Source: Eledone cirrhosa
Taxonomy: Eukaryota
Length of the DNA stretch: 64,000 nt
Direction of reading: 5' to 3'
Assembly: GCA_964016885.1 (NCBI GenBank)
Contig: OZ024740.1
Span: forward strand, 380,680,001 to 380,744,000
Shown here: one piece after another, positions 1 to 13,462 of the stretch
Layout: every line of letters begins with the position of its first letter
Position numbering within the stretch: position 1 is the stretch's first letter
Position numbers and translations under genes: made by a program
Notes under the pieces: model-generated
The model's input: only the letters and a program-made list of their open reading frames with translations
Told to the model about the DNA's origin: nothing
The model's database searches: none

Positions 1-163
1 CCAGCAATTATACCAGTGTATTACTGGTACTTTATTTTATCGAGCACGTAAGGATGAAAGACAAAGTTAACCGCGGGGGGATTTGAACTCAGACCACAAA
101 GGCCCGTACTCTTTGCTGCAAAGCATGGCATCCGACCCTCTATCGATTCTGCCAATCTACCGT
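1..163 (-). mobile_element. tRNA-derived SINE family A (runs off window edge)
   Basis: Reverse complement has A-box-like TGGCAGAATCG, B-box GAGTTCAAATCCC and the family core CTTTCATCCTTACG..TCGATAAAATAAAGTACCAGT shared with many copies in the window. Confidence 0.8.
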
Positions 164-1663
164 ATTTGGCACATTATTATTTGTTTGCCAAACCAAACAA
201 ATAATAATGTGCCAACATTACTAATTACGAACGACATTCGTATAGCTGTGCAAAATCTGATTTTTAAATATATAATAATCAAGCTTAAGCTTATTGACCA
301 ATCACATTCTTTGGATGTCTATAAGTAATAATTTCTTCATCGGACATAGAGCCACAGATCAGTAAATCCAATGGATTTGAAGAATGAAATAAAAGATATG
401 TAACTATCTTTTGCAAGGTATTTGTCCGACAGGCTTCTGTTTCTTTCATTCCAGCTCTATAAAGACTTCTAACTTTGGCAGAAGACTACAACTTTGTAGT
501 CGATTGAATTGATTACATTATATTAGTGGGCGTTATCAACCCCACTTGCATGAAATGCAAAGTAGATCTGGTTATTATTTGGGCTCAGAACATCGATGGA
601 ATTGCATCTGGTATTGTTTCGTTTTTACTACTTTATCTACACCGATATATATAATTAATATCGTCTTCTGAGCTTACTTAATCACCAATTACGTGCATAA
701 CAGTCTCTATCAGTTAGAAATAATCATGGAGCAATGATCATTAATATGGTTTATAAAATAATCACCACTCTTTCTACTTAAACATATATCGCCACAAGCT
801 TTTGATTAACAAAATTGTTGTGGTACATAAATTCAAATTGTGTGGTGTGACAGTTCGATTTATTTATTCCACTACCCAAGATGAACAGAAACAGTGAGGT
901 CATATTCAAATTTATTTCAGTCTAAGAAATGCATAAATCAAGTGATCCGACTTCCACAGGGAATCGAGACAAAATCTTTTACTTCTCCACTGTTTACAAC
1001 TAGTTCTACGGTATTTGAGCATGAACTAGGAAAATATATGCGTCTACGAGTTCGCCATAACAAGAACGTTTCACACATTATTGTGAGCGGAACTACAATA
1101 AGTTCATTTATTTTACATGGGTTTGATTAGTACAATTATTCAGTTACGTCTAACGAGAAACGTCTATATGTATCTAAAGAATTTCAGGCCAGATGATATC
1201 GGTTACTATTTCTGTGACAACAAGACTATTTCAGCTTCGCTATGTAAGCTAAATTATCTTTCTCATCGATCTTCGATCTTGACAAACAAGTGTTCTAAAT
1301 GTTCGTTCAACCTAACAATCTACTACTTTGATTATTGTAAGGGCATCTAACAAATCTTTGAAGTATTTATTCCGGCTTCTTGCATTCTGAATTCATATCC
1401 CAACGATGTCAGCTCCCCCTAATAAATGTACCATTTATGGTACATTTATTAGGGAAGTACTGGAGTCGGTTTCTCTTCCATAGTCTCAGAAACAGGTATG
1501 CTGTATTGGAGGGTTTAGCTAGGAATAGCATTTTCTTCTCATCTAGAATACTACAGAACACCATCCTAAGAGACCAAAAACGCAGCGGTCATACTGATAC
1601 AATGTACGGCGGAACGATTTTAAGCATATATATATATACATACAGACATATATATATATATAT

Positions 1664-2109
1664 ACTAGACCTGAAAAATGCGCAAGCTCAAAAAAGCCAC
1701 AGAATGCTATAATAAACCTTCAAAAGTGTGGGACTAGGGTTGTTGCTCAAACATATTGTAATCATTATCTATCGTACAGTCTGTGGCATCCTTTTATAAA
1801 AAAGCGACTCATAACGAACTCAAGACGACACGATAATTATTTAAGCTAATGTTCAATATCTCATATTAGAGGTTTAGTAATGATTAATACGAAATGCACT
1901 TAAACCGAATTCTATATTATAAATTCACTTAAATAATTATCGTGTCGTCTTGAGTTCGTTATGAGTCTCTTTTTTATAAAAGGATGCCACAGAGTCTAAG
2001 ATAGATAATGATTACAATATTTTTGATCAACAACTCTAGTCCCACAGTTTTGAAGGTTTATTATAACATTCTGTGGCTCTTTTGAGCTTGCGCATTTTTC
2101 AGGTCTAGT
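1664..2109 (+). mobile_element. Fold-back non-coding element next to (TA)n: ~180 bp inverted arms with a decayed HHR in the spacer
   Basis: 1664-1842 is the reverse complement of 1931-2109 with several substitutions; spacer 1871-1906 reads ggttta-GTAATGA-ttaatac-GAAA-tgca-ct-taaacc. Confidence 0.7.
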
Positions 2110-2857
2110 TTAATATTTTTAAGGCAACGCTTGTAATAACTCTAGTTAAACATGATATATATTAATAATAAATTATCGTTGTAATGTAATTAGATTATAT
2201 AATTGTTATTTTATAAATGATCTTATAAATATTATTGTAAGATGTATAAAAATATTTTCAGACTTTTCATATAAACAACTACAAAAAACAATCAATATTA
2301 AATAAATATATTTTACATAATAATTGTTATAGTTGAATTAATAAAAATTAAATATTACATACAAATAGTCTAACATAATAATAAAAAAATAATCTAACAT
2401 AATAATAATAAAATAATCTAACATAAAACTAACAATAATATGGACAAATATACAAGTAAATATAATACAACCAATATTATAAGCATGTTATGACGAACTG
2501 AAAAAAAAATAGTTAATATAAATTTAAAAAATCATATATAAATTAACAATATAACTTACCAAAACGAGAAAAATATTTTGATGATAAAAACGACGAAATA
2601 CAGGAGGAAGATTCGAAAGCGAAATGATAAATAAGCGTGGAAACAAAGGGGCGGATGCTTTTGAGCATCAATTACTCTCATTGGTTGATTAGCCAATAAG
2701 ACGATGAAATTAGTCAATAAGACGATACATTACAAAAGATGTTTGGCAGGGATCATCACATCCAAGGAAACCCCTTGAATCTTTTATTCACAAGATACGC
2801 ATATATGTCAGACACACAGACTTAAAACATTCTGTTGTTAATCACTGCGTGTCTAAC

Positions 2858-2926
<69 letters not shown>

Positions 2927-3057
2927 GTTATGCTTTGGGAGGGTGATGTTGCCAATAAGAAACACACGCACCAGTTGCTTTCACTTCAATTTATTATAAA
3001 TTAAATTTATAAATTTCCGTTTGGTTGGTTCCACAACCAGACAATTGTTCATATATT

Positions 3058-3100
3058 GTCAAAGTTCTTTCGTCACATATTCTGTGACCTCTTCAGTGAC
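3058..3100 (-). ncRNA. Minimal type I hammerhead ribozyme motif
   Basis: Minus strand: gtca-CTGAAGA-ggtcac-agaatat-gtgac-GAAA-gaac-TT-tgac; stems I and II pair; sits in the 2925-3180 island flanked by (TA)n. Confidence 0.75.
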
Positions 3101-3187
3101 TGGGATTCTTTTCTTTGTTTTTGTGCCTCTTCTTTGTTCTGTCCTACGCCATCTTGTTTTTTCAAATTCAGAAACGAAATATATATA

Positions 3188-4123
3188 TAATTGAATAAAC
3201 AAGAGAGAGGAACACTAATATAAACATACATGTGTTCGAATCGTAAGGACAAAAGTTTGCTAGGGTGAAAAAATACTAACTACAGCAATATAGTTTGTTA
3301 TCCTTAACTTTAAATATTAAATTAAGAAAAATTAAGAAAAGTAACAGACCTATATTTTTGCCCAATATAGGTCTGTTATTTTTCTTTATTTTTCTTAATT
3401 TAATATTTAAAGTTAAGGATAACAAACTATATTGCTGTAGTTAGTATTTATTCACCCTAGCAAACTTTGGTCCTTACGATTCGAACACATGTATGTTTAT
3501 GTTAGTGTTCATCTCTCTTGTTTATTCAATTATATTGTACGGCTCGCAAAAGCTTTTTTCTTAGAGCTATTTAATTGTAAGGGACTACCGTGAGTTCTTA
3601 ACTCAATATATATTTGTCGGCTCCATCATGTAGAGCTAATTTTTATTGTCCTGTCAGCCAGGCTGCTATTTTTAGCGGCAGGGAATTTCGAGACAAGCTG
3701 GGTTGCGAATGACACGTGCGATAATTTATATCGTACACAATTCATTCTCTAATATTTTTTAGAAGTGAAAGGATCACTAATTTCTCAACAACTATTGAGG
3801 AGCAGAGAAACGTGAGAACTTCACTTAATAAGTGGTTGCGAAACAGTCTCCAACACTGTCTAGTTGTTACCAGGCATTTTTGACCAATATAGGTTTGTTA
3901 TTTTTCTTAATTTTTCTTAATTTAATATTTCAAGTTAAGGGTAACAAACTATATTGCTGTAGTTAGTATTTTTTCACCCTAGCAAACTTTGGTCCTTAAG
4001 ATTCGAACACATGTATGTTTATATTAGTGTTCATCTCTCTTGTTTATTCAATTATATTGTACGGCTCGCAAAAGCTTTTCTCTTAGAGCTATTTAATTGT
4101 AAGGGACTACCGTGAGTTCTTAA

Positions 4124-4124
<1 letters not shown>
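3188..4124 (+). mobile_element. HHR-bearing element: inverted arm plus partial tandem repeat (period ~522 nt)
   Basis: 3188-3355 is inverted relative to 3365-3535; 3362-3605 is repeated directly at 3884-4124; flanked by (TA)n and (TC)n(TA)n. Confidence 0.75.
3787..3868 (+). ncRNA. Type I hammerhead ribozyme motif (U3 variant)
   Basis: aacaacta-TTGAGGA-gca...tgc-GAAA-cagt-ctccaac-actg-TC-tagttgtt: 8 bp stem I, 5 bp stem III, GUC cleavage triplet. Confidence 0.75.
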
Positions 4125-4175
<51 letters not shown>

Positions 4176-4193
4176 TAACTCAATATATACCTT

Positions 4194-4284
<91 letters not shown>

Positions 4285-4286
<2 letters not shown>

Positions 4287-4387
4287 TAATTGAATATAAA
4301 AGAGAGATAAACACAGATATGAACATACATTTGTTCAAATCGCAAGGGACCAAGAAACTATTTTGAGTTTCTAACTCAATATATACC

Positions 4388-4432
<45 letters not shown>

Positions 4433-4814
4433 AACCAGTAAGACCCCGACGGCTGAGCTCAAGCCGTTTCGACGGCTAATTCTGGACGTCCAGAATTAGC
4501 CGTTGAAACGGCTTGAGCTCAGCCGTCGGGGTCTTACTGGTTCCTATTACCCACTCTACTACCCCAAGTATTGAGTACTTTGGTGCGTTATGGTCCACCT
4601 GGTTCCTTACCACATTTCCTTCGTTATATATATATATAACGTTATATATATATATATAACGCACCAAAGTACTCAATACTTGGGGTAGTAGAGTGGGTAA
4701 TAGGAACCAGTAAGACCCCGACGGCTGAGCTCAAGCCGTTTCGACGGCTAATTCTGGACGTCCAGAATTAGCCGTCGAAACGGCTTGAGCTCAGCCGTCG
4801 GGGTCTTACTGGTT

Positions 4815-4855
<41 letters not shown>

Positions 4856-4957
4856 GGTATATATTGAGTTAGAAACTCAAAATAGTCTCTTGGTCCCTTG
4901 CGATTTGAACAAATGTATGTTCATATCTGTGTTTATCTCTCTTTTATATTCAATTAT
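4285..4957. repeat. Nested palindrome: outer arms 4285-4390/4850-4957; inner arms 4431-4590/4657-4818, each containing a ~114 bp hairpin
   Basis: Direct reading of reverse complements; hairpin centre GACGTC; arms separated by (TA)n. Confidence 0.9.
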
Positions 4958-5475
4958 CTATCTATATATATATATAATAATAATAATACCATTTATAGTT
5001 ATGTATATAGTATAAACAACCATAAACAGTAATTTCCTATTACCTTATTACCTCAACACACACGAATTCGGACACTATCAACAAACTACGTCCACCTTAA
5101 ATTTTAATACACTGCATTTTTGCCTAAAATACAGTATTTATTATCTATATATGCATAATAACTTTGCTTATTTCCTTCTCACATATATGTCTAACGCATG
5201 TACACTTTCTATACATCTGCATATTATTGCTAATGAACACTTTTACAATGCCTTTTTAATTATTGGACGATTCTCTTGTATTATCTGTTGCATGTATTCC
5301 ACTCTGTGCTTTTAATTTTGATTTGAATTTGAATTTTTGTACAATTATCGTAAAATATATGTCACGTCCATTCCACCATGTAAATACGAAACTGTTGCTC
5401 ACAACATCAATATATATGTATCTATATTATTGTTCAGTTGAATAGGAGGTTAATTACATGTACAAACATTGATTA

Positions 5476-5530
5476 TGCTCCGATGACTCCAAATGTGAGT
5501 TTGGAAGAAACTATTAAATGATTTGAACAC
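5476..5530 (+). ncRNA. Decayed hammerhead-like motif
   Basis: tgct-CCGATGA-ctccaaa-tgtgag-tttggaa-GAAA-ct...; stem II clear, core and stems I/III imperfect; island flanked by (TA)n. Confidence 0.4.
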
Positions 5531-5548
5531 AACTTTGATAATTGTATA

Positions 5549-5624
<76 letters not shown>

Positions 5625-5625
<1 letters not shown>

Positions 5626-5976
5626 TAGGCCCTTTATTATCTGAGTTCAAATCCCGCCGAGGTTAACTTTGCCTTTCATCCTTACGAGGTCGATAAAATA
5701 AAATACCAGTAATACACTGGAATAATTGCTGGCCTTGTGCCAAAAGTAGAAAAAATTATTATTATTGTTTAGAGCGGCGAACACTACGCTTTGCGGCATA
5801 GAGTTACGTCCTTTTACCTTCTGAGTTCAAATCCCGCTGAGGTTGGCATAGCTTTTCCTCCTTACGAGGTCGATAAAATAAAGCACCAGTAATGCACTGG
5901 GATCGATTCAATCGACTTTCCCCTCCCCCGAAATTGCTGGCCTTGTGCCTAAAGTAGAAACAATTATTATTATTAT
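5625..5976 (+). mobile_element. Two tandem SINE family A copies (first 5'-truncated)
   Basis: Two copies of CTGAGTTCAAATCCCGC...TCGATAAAATAAA...GCTGGCCTTGTGCC.AAAGTAGAAA with (ATT)n tails. Confidence 0.85.
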
Positions 5977-6593
5977 TGGAGCGTGGTTTACTGCTATTTT
6001 TAGCAGGTCAAGTGTCGTGATAGAGGAGGCTGCCTTTTGACTCAAATTGCAAAGAAATTATCGTCACTCATTCTTAGCATCTATGTTAAACTTGAGCCAA
6101 ACAGATCTAGACTCACAGACGATCTATTCGTAACTAACCCGCCCTGTGATTACGTTTCCTTATCTATAATGGAAGAGTCGGATTTGAGTATGATCCAGTT
6201 GTTATTTTGTGCGTACACATAGAGGCTCCGTCGTCAACTCACGGAATTACCTGTTTTGTTTAGTTATGTTATTGCTAACGTTTTTAAGGTAGTGAAACAA
6301 CGTTTCTTAATTAGTTAAAATTACATCTACAGTGAGAAAAAAAAAACATTAGCTTAACAGAAGATCCAGTAAAGAAAGGTAAGGGGTTGAACTCTGATAT
6401 TTACATTAATCAAAAAATTGAATACAACTAAAATAAGGATGTTGGCAGGATATGAAAACCACTAATAAGATGTGATCCATCCAAATTCGACTCACACCAG
6501 TCTCTTTTGGGTACACGTATAGAATCATATCTACACAAACATTAATTTTGTATATATATTCAGCTACTGAAATTATTTTATGGGAATGAATGA

Positions 6594-6624
<31 letters not shown>

Positions 6625-6645
6625 TGTATGTATGTATGTATGTAT

Positions 6646-7428
6646 GTCAGGTCACCAGTTGGTGCTACTGGTAACATGTATCCCAGTACAACCTGTCCCA
6701 TGGTCGGGTCGTTGGCGACTAAACTGGCAACTCCACCAAGGTTTCTTGGTGAGGAGGGTGACTTGTATGTATGTATGTATGTATGTATGTATGTATGTAT
6801 GTATGTATGTATGTATGCATATGTCAGGTCACCAGTTGGTGCTACTGGTAACATGTATCCCAGTACAACCTGTCCCATGGTCGGGTCGTTGGCGACTAAA
6901 CTGGCAACTCCACCAAGGTTTCTTGGTGAGGAGGGTGACTTTGGACATCCTGCAGGACTAAAAACAAAACCTGTCAAAGGGCAAAGGAGCTCTTAAGAGT
7001 CAATGGCCATCCAAATTCACCGGGAGAGATGACCCCTTAGCCTTTGTCAAGGCAGAATTCTAGGAGAAGGAAAACTCTGATATAACACCTGCAACCCTGA
7101 TGGTATCCAATGATGTTGACTTGTTCTTCTTTTTGGTAAATATCATCTTGGTTAAGAGAGTGGGACTGGCTTTGTGCAGTGCCTTTGCTCACTATAAAAG
7201 CTTCACGGCACAGGCATTGCTTTATATCTGGAGATCTCTCTGCACTTGTCGTCACATGGTACCATGGGCCCAGCACTGTGTCAATAGTTGTCACAGGTGT
7301 AGTGTTTGTACCAGAGTTTTCAAGTCGCTGGCTGGACTAAAAAGTCACTCGTTCAGCGCATCGGTAGGGGTTCTCCTACATGGATATAAAGTAGTGGCCG
7401 TACTCGAAAACGAGTTGGCAGCCACCAT
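6646..7428 (+). mobile_element. Internally deleted (bipartite) RTE-type non-autonomous retroelement in a (TATG)n tract
   Basis: RTE-like 5' region (..GGAGAAGGAAAACTCTGA..) joined to a C-terminal C2H2-like remnant HRCSVCTRVFKSLAGLKSH; first ~117 bp duplicated (6646-6763, 6823-6941); (TATG)n on both sides. Confidence 0.6.
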
Positions 7429-9049
7429 GTATGTATGTATGTATGTATGTATGTATGTATGTATGTATGTATGTATGTATGTGAGTGCGGGCTTCGGTTC
7501 ATGAAAAATGGGTTGGGTATACAATGTTGAATGATGATGATGGTGAAAAGCAGAGAAAAGAAAAGTGTGTTCAAATTAAAGGCAACGTACATGATAATTC
7601 AAATCGTCTCATTGTTTCCAAGCAATAATAGAACGAATGAGTAGGAACGAAGAGAGTTTTCCTGTTCTTAATAAGGCTCATTACCACTGATCTCAGTGGG
7701 AGTGGGGGTAACAAAACACACTTGAAAGAAATGGCTAGTCATTTATGACGGAACGAGCTGCCACAAAAAGCTGTAATATCAAAAGGAATGATCATATTCC
7801 ATATTGTTTCTTCTCACTTCAATAGCTTAACCTATAATAGAAATTTTGCGTGTTTGCATATAAACATATAAACATATGTATCTATGTGTATTTGTTTTGA
7901 AAAGAAGGCGTTTCTTGTTTCAGGAAACTTCATTTCTATAATGAATAATAAGAACTATGAATGGCAAATTGAATGTAGAGGAAAATGGGAACATAAAAAT
8001 TCCCAAAAAGCCTTCTTATAAATTGTCTCGCAATTAAGCGTGACCTAGAGTAATCTACTGGGATAACAATTTCAAGAAGAGATTCTTTCCTAGAAAGCTT
8101 GACATTCCACCTCACCAATTCAATTGTAGACTACACTTTCTTTAAAATATATTTTCGTACTGTTGCTATGCATATGGTTGATGATTTATCAAATGAGTTC
8201 CAGCAGTGAGCATCAGGAATTTTATATATAATATGTCCAGGGATACATTATCTGTCAGTTCTTTAAAATGGAAGAACATGAATTGAAAGAGGTTTCACTC
8301 TAATTCCAGCAGATCAAGTAACTCCCTTGGCACATCTCTCAGGAACCTGCACGCAACTCTTTCGCTTATCTCGAGTAGCGCTTAGTTGCTCCGAAATTTG
8401 TATGAGAATAAAGCCGTGACATATAATCCGGAAAATTTCAGATAGGGTTCAAAACCAAAAACTGCTTTGAGTAAAAATATGGTAACTAAATTTATGTAAC
8501 TATAATAAATTATGTGTTTCTGAGTGTTTTTTATATTATGTCATTTCTAATATACTGATATTACACTTAGTAATATGTATGCAGTGCTCAGTAGTGTTAC
8601 TTTCTGTTTGTTGTATATAGTTGTAAGTCCCGAAGTTTTGGTTATGTATCTGTCAGTGTTATTTTTATCATTCCCAGAGCACCTCTTACTATGTTTCTGT
8701 TGTCATATACATTCGGGTTATTTCTATCTCCAAATATTTATATTTGAATAGTTTCTGTGTTTCCTTGCTGGATATAATGTCGTCTGTGGGGATAGATACA
8801 TCAATTGGAAGACATCTTTTTTCTTTATGGTCTTTGACTATAATTCCGTTCTTGTCTCGCGCTATAACGGGACGGAAAACGCTAAATGGGCCCTTTCTTT
8901 CTATAATAGCATAATTACATTATGCACAGAATAGTCTATACTTTGAGTCATTTCATTTTTTAAATAATCATGACACGTTAGTATCAAGCATTAGTCAGGA
9001 TCATCCAGAGCAAGCAATTTTCCAAGGAATGTACGTTTTGTATAATGGT

Positions 9050-9240
9050 TTCTAATTGAGGCAAAATACCAGCAATTTGGCGGAGTATGTTGATTGTATT
9101 GCCACCGGTACTTTATTTTAAGGACCCTGGAAAGATGAAAAGTCGACCCCGATGGAATTTGAACTCAGAACGTACAGCGCCGGAGCAAATGCTGCAAAAT
9201 ATTTTGTCAGACGCTCTACCAATTATGCTAATCCGCCGTC
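9050..9240 (-). mobile_element. Diverged SINE family A copy
   Basis: ccagcaatt..ggtactttatttt..gatgaaa..gtcgacc..atttgaactcagaacgta pattern. Confidence 0.6.
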
Positions 9241-10489
9241 CTCAGCATAAATAATAAGTATGCCAGCAGTAAACATTTTTCTGAAGGAATGTAGTAATTG
9301 TTGTCATTACAAGATCTCAATGATAATCCTAGTCCACTTGTTCTTCAATAGCTTGCAGAGCTGAGTTCAACATCCCCCCAGGGATATATGCTACAATGAG
9401 GAATGGACTTCCAAGGTTGAATTGGCACGATGAAACGTTGCATTAACTCGATAAAAATTCCGGACCTACGACTGAGTCCTCAGAATATTTATTTATTAAT
9501 CAAAATGATAAAATACTTCAGAAACACCCGATTAAGCTTCTTTAAAACTAAGATTCTGAGAAACTCTCAAAAAAATTAGTTTACAAGAAATATATCTTGA
9601 ATGTCAAATTAGAATTTTTTGTTCATATCATTTTGCTTTTTTTCAGCTTTTGATTTTTGTTTTGACAGTTTTACATGTATTAAGCTAAGCCATATTCATT
9701 TCCTAAATAGACATCGCATTTCAAATAAATTTCTCAAGCACCCACCACCATCATCGTGTCACATCTTGGTACGGGAGCAGAAACAAACATAAACAGATTT
9801 ATGTACAAGGAGATACATAATACATACAAACAAATTATATCCCAGGCACATAGTTGTTTACATACAACAATTTACAAAGGTGTTTAGAGCTATGAAAACA
9901 TAATGGAAACACTAAAATTAAATGAAGATATGCAGACGAGTGAGTTTAATTCTGGGAAACTATACTGGCAATTGTGGCCATGTTTCTGCCTGGCTTCTCA
10001 TCCTTAGCGAAGTTTTGTGGTTTGGTAGCTTGTGTGAAACAATTCTTCATTAATGAGGTCTAGTATAAGTAGATCAAATTTAGATTATCTGTTTACTGTA
10101 ATTTCACTTGATTGAAATTATTTTTGTACACTACATTATCTTAACCCAAATTTAGCTGTATAATTTAAATGCATAATAGAAGGCAACATTGAAAGAGTTT
10201 TCAAAATCAATATTTAAAATTGTCCAACAAGTGGATTATTTTCACACAAAAGCTATATACACTTAAATTCAATCGATCTTACACATTTGTGTTAAGATAT
10301 CTTTCACTGAGAAGGTCTAACAGTATCGAAACCGCTTCTCTTAGGATATATATATACATACAATAAAGCCTCTACACGATTTGGTAGTTTTTCGTTAACG
10401 CATACATATACAAACATATATATACACACACACAAATACAAAATCGTACATAATTTCTTTGAAATAAAAAAATGCCTCCCACGCACACA

Positions 10490-10641
<152 letters not shown>

Positions 10642-12046
10642 CGTGCGTATATATATATATTTATATGTAAATATACACCAGCTTTCCAAAACACCACTAA
10701 CCGCATACATCGCACGTGTATTAAACAGATCCTGAAACATCTCAACCGCCAATTACACATCCATAAGCGGACACTCTCAAAGCGGGCACATCGACTGTCA
10801 ATAACACCCGGCGACTTGCTCCTGAAAATCACTAAAGCAATCGACTAGTGCTACCACTCCAGAGTCGAATACGAGAAAAAACGGCTCAAGCGGAAATATG
10901 AGTGGATCTTGTATAAACTCCACAACGAGAACATCGACACTAACGAACAGACGGACCAGAACCACGTGGAAAACAACAACTTAGCAACCGCCACCGCCGC
11001 ATAAACCAACACCGAGCCACACCTCAACGATGCGACGCACCTGGTCATCGACCTAATCGGCACTCTCACGAGCGACGAGCTGGAACTCCTACACCTCGGA
11101 CCCAAGTTCATCGTCTCACAACGACTCGACAACAGACTCAAACTCAACATCGAGGCCAACTTTTGTCGAGCCGCTTACCAACTTAAATGGGTGATCGCCA
11201 TCAACAGCGCCACAGAAAATAACAGCGTCCACGCAACCCACCCCAATTCCCCACTTACCACCCCGACAACCCACTCCACCCCCACCCTCCAACCACGAAC
11301 TCGACACTAAACGCATCAGGCTAAAACACTCCATCTCGGATATACTTCACAAACACACACGCACAACACACAACCGCACTAAATCTCAACTCACCACTCT
11401 CTCCAAACTAAAATCGAAGAACTTCATCTACCTCTCCTCCGACAAGGGAAAAGAATTCTGTGTCATCAGCAGAGAGGCCTACAACACCCTGGCCCTCCAA
11501 CACCTTGACGATGACAACCTCTACTCCAAGGTCACGGGAATCACTCCCGCGCAGATAGAAGAGCACATCAACGCCGCCTGGACCAACATCTGCGACCGGC
11601 GGAAGCTCCCGAAGAAGCGTAGATACAACCTCCTCACGAGGAGCAGCAGACTACCCGCCTTCTACCACCTCGTGAAAACACACAAACAGGGACCCGACCT
11701 GAAGATCAGGCCCGTTGTATCGAGCGTGGAAGGACCACTCTACAAAATTTCATGGCTCCTAGCCAGAATACTCAAACCCATCTTAGACACCTTGAAGCGC
11801 CTGCATCAAATGGATCCGGAGACCAGAAAGAATAACAGATATGCCTTCAGCCTTGATGTAGTCGCTCTCTACACCTCGGTCCCGGCACTCCCGACCGTCA
11901 ATATACTGATGGAACGCGTCCAATCCACCGACCTACACTGTTTCGGGCTCACCACCACTGACATCCACTAACTCCTATCCATCGTCGTCGACAACACCTA
12001 CTTCGGATTCCTTGACCAAACATACCAACAAACCTCGTGACTGCTC

Positions 12047-12967
12047 ATGGGATCAAGCCTGTCGGGTGTGATAGCGATCTCTTACATGGACAGCCTCGAG
12101 TGCAAGGCACTCAACGCCTGCCACCCCAACGCCGTCGCCTTTTTCTCAAGGTACGTGGACGATATCCTCATCCTCACATCTTCCCAAGACATGGCGAACA
12201 GAATCTATGAGACGTTCAACAACACGGACGAGAACATTGACTTCAGTGTTGAACACCCTAACGACGACGGGTCACTTGCCCTCCTCGACTTCCGAATCAA
12301 CATCACGGAACAGGGAGGGAGGGATCCACTGCAACTTCGAAAAGGAGCCTGCAGGGACCTGTTCGTCCACTACAAGTCCGCCCTCCATAACAGTGCCAAA
12401 AGAGGATACATCACGAACGAGATCGCGCGAATCAAAAACAGATGCAGCGATCCCGTGAGTGGTGTCACTCATACCAAGCGATTCCTCGAGGTGCTGGAGA
12501 CGAACGGGTACCCTACCTCGCTCACAGACAGAGTAGGAGACACCAGACAAAAGAGACAGAGAGGCACCCAAGGCAAGTGCTTCCTTAAAATGCCACACCT
12601 GGGTGAGAATACCACCAACGCTATCCGCAAGGCTATACGGAGGGAGGGCCTCGACATCCACCTGGCCCATCGGGCCCCTCCCTGCGAAGATCCCTTTCCA
12701 GGAAACCCGGGACATCAACTGACGCGTGCTCCCTCAGAGACTGCCCGATGCGCCATGCGGATCAAGGAACACACTAAAACCAGGGCCTCGTCTTTCCGGA
12801 AACACATAGCCAAATGCGGAAACAAAGACGGAAGGCCCATTGTCACAATTCTAGCGACAGAAAGAAACGTCGGCACGTTACGTATCAAGGAAGCACTTTG
12901 GATCAAACGCCTAGGGCCACAACTAAACTACCGATCCGAGAGAAGCGAAATGAGGTGGTTGGTTTAA
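12047..12967 (+). pseudogene. PLE reverse transcriptase C-terminal half and GIY-YIG remnant
   Basis: 306 aa ORF with YVDD motif; upstream in-frame stops at 11969 and 12038; the GIY/YIG motifs themselves are missing. Confidence 0.85.
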
Positions 12968-13033
12968 GTTAACAAACGATGCAGCAACACATGCACACAC
13001 ACAAACGAGACAGCAACACACGCACGCACACAC

Positions 13034-13091
<58 letters not shown>

Positions 13092-13426
13092 ACACAGTAG
13101 CATTCCACCATACGAACATACTACACTGCCAATACAGAGGAACAAGGCAACAAGACGCGCACACACACACTCAAGCGAGACAACAACACACGTACACACA
13201 TACACACAGTAACATTCACCAAACAGGCAGAGAATAGACTAACAGCTAGCGCCACCCCACTCCCACAATTGAAAGAACTACTTCGGCCGCTGACCTCTGC
13301 ATGACCGACCCCATTTCACGCGCACGCGCGCTGTGCTGAATACCTCAGATATTCAAAACAACGAACATCGGAGGACACGTTTCGCACCTTTCCGACAGAC
13401 AACCTCCCCCCCCCTCCGGAAAAAAA

Positions 13427-13462
13427 CCCAGTTGATGGATGTGAAATCCGAAATATATAGGG
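13427..13462 (+). ncRNA. Decayed minimal HHR in PLE 3' region
   Basis: cc-CAGTTGA-tggat-gtgaa-atcc-GAAA-tata-TA-ggg; two core substitutions; expected position for a PLE pLTR ribozyme. Confidence 0.5.

Noticed and set aside
1664-2109. Inverted arms as TIRs of MITE/DNA transposons
   Set aside because: Arm lengths and junctions vary between copies of a family, coexist with tandem units and ribozymes, and lack fixed termini; better explained as PLE-type inversions
6646-6941. Repeat-spacer-repeat pattern as a CRISPR array
   Set aside because: Eukaryotic context; only two 117 bp copies separated by a microsatellite
10300-10345. ctgagaa..gaaac motif (similar partial motifs at 13917 and 28300)
   Set aside because: Stems do not close; too degenerate or truncated to call
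12030-13340. In-frame TGA at 12038 as selenocysteine with a SECIS in the PLE 3' UTR
   Set aside because: The TGA falls at a Gly-type position (QQTS*LLMGS), the element also has TAA/TAG stops and frameshifts, and no convincing SECIS was seen
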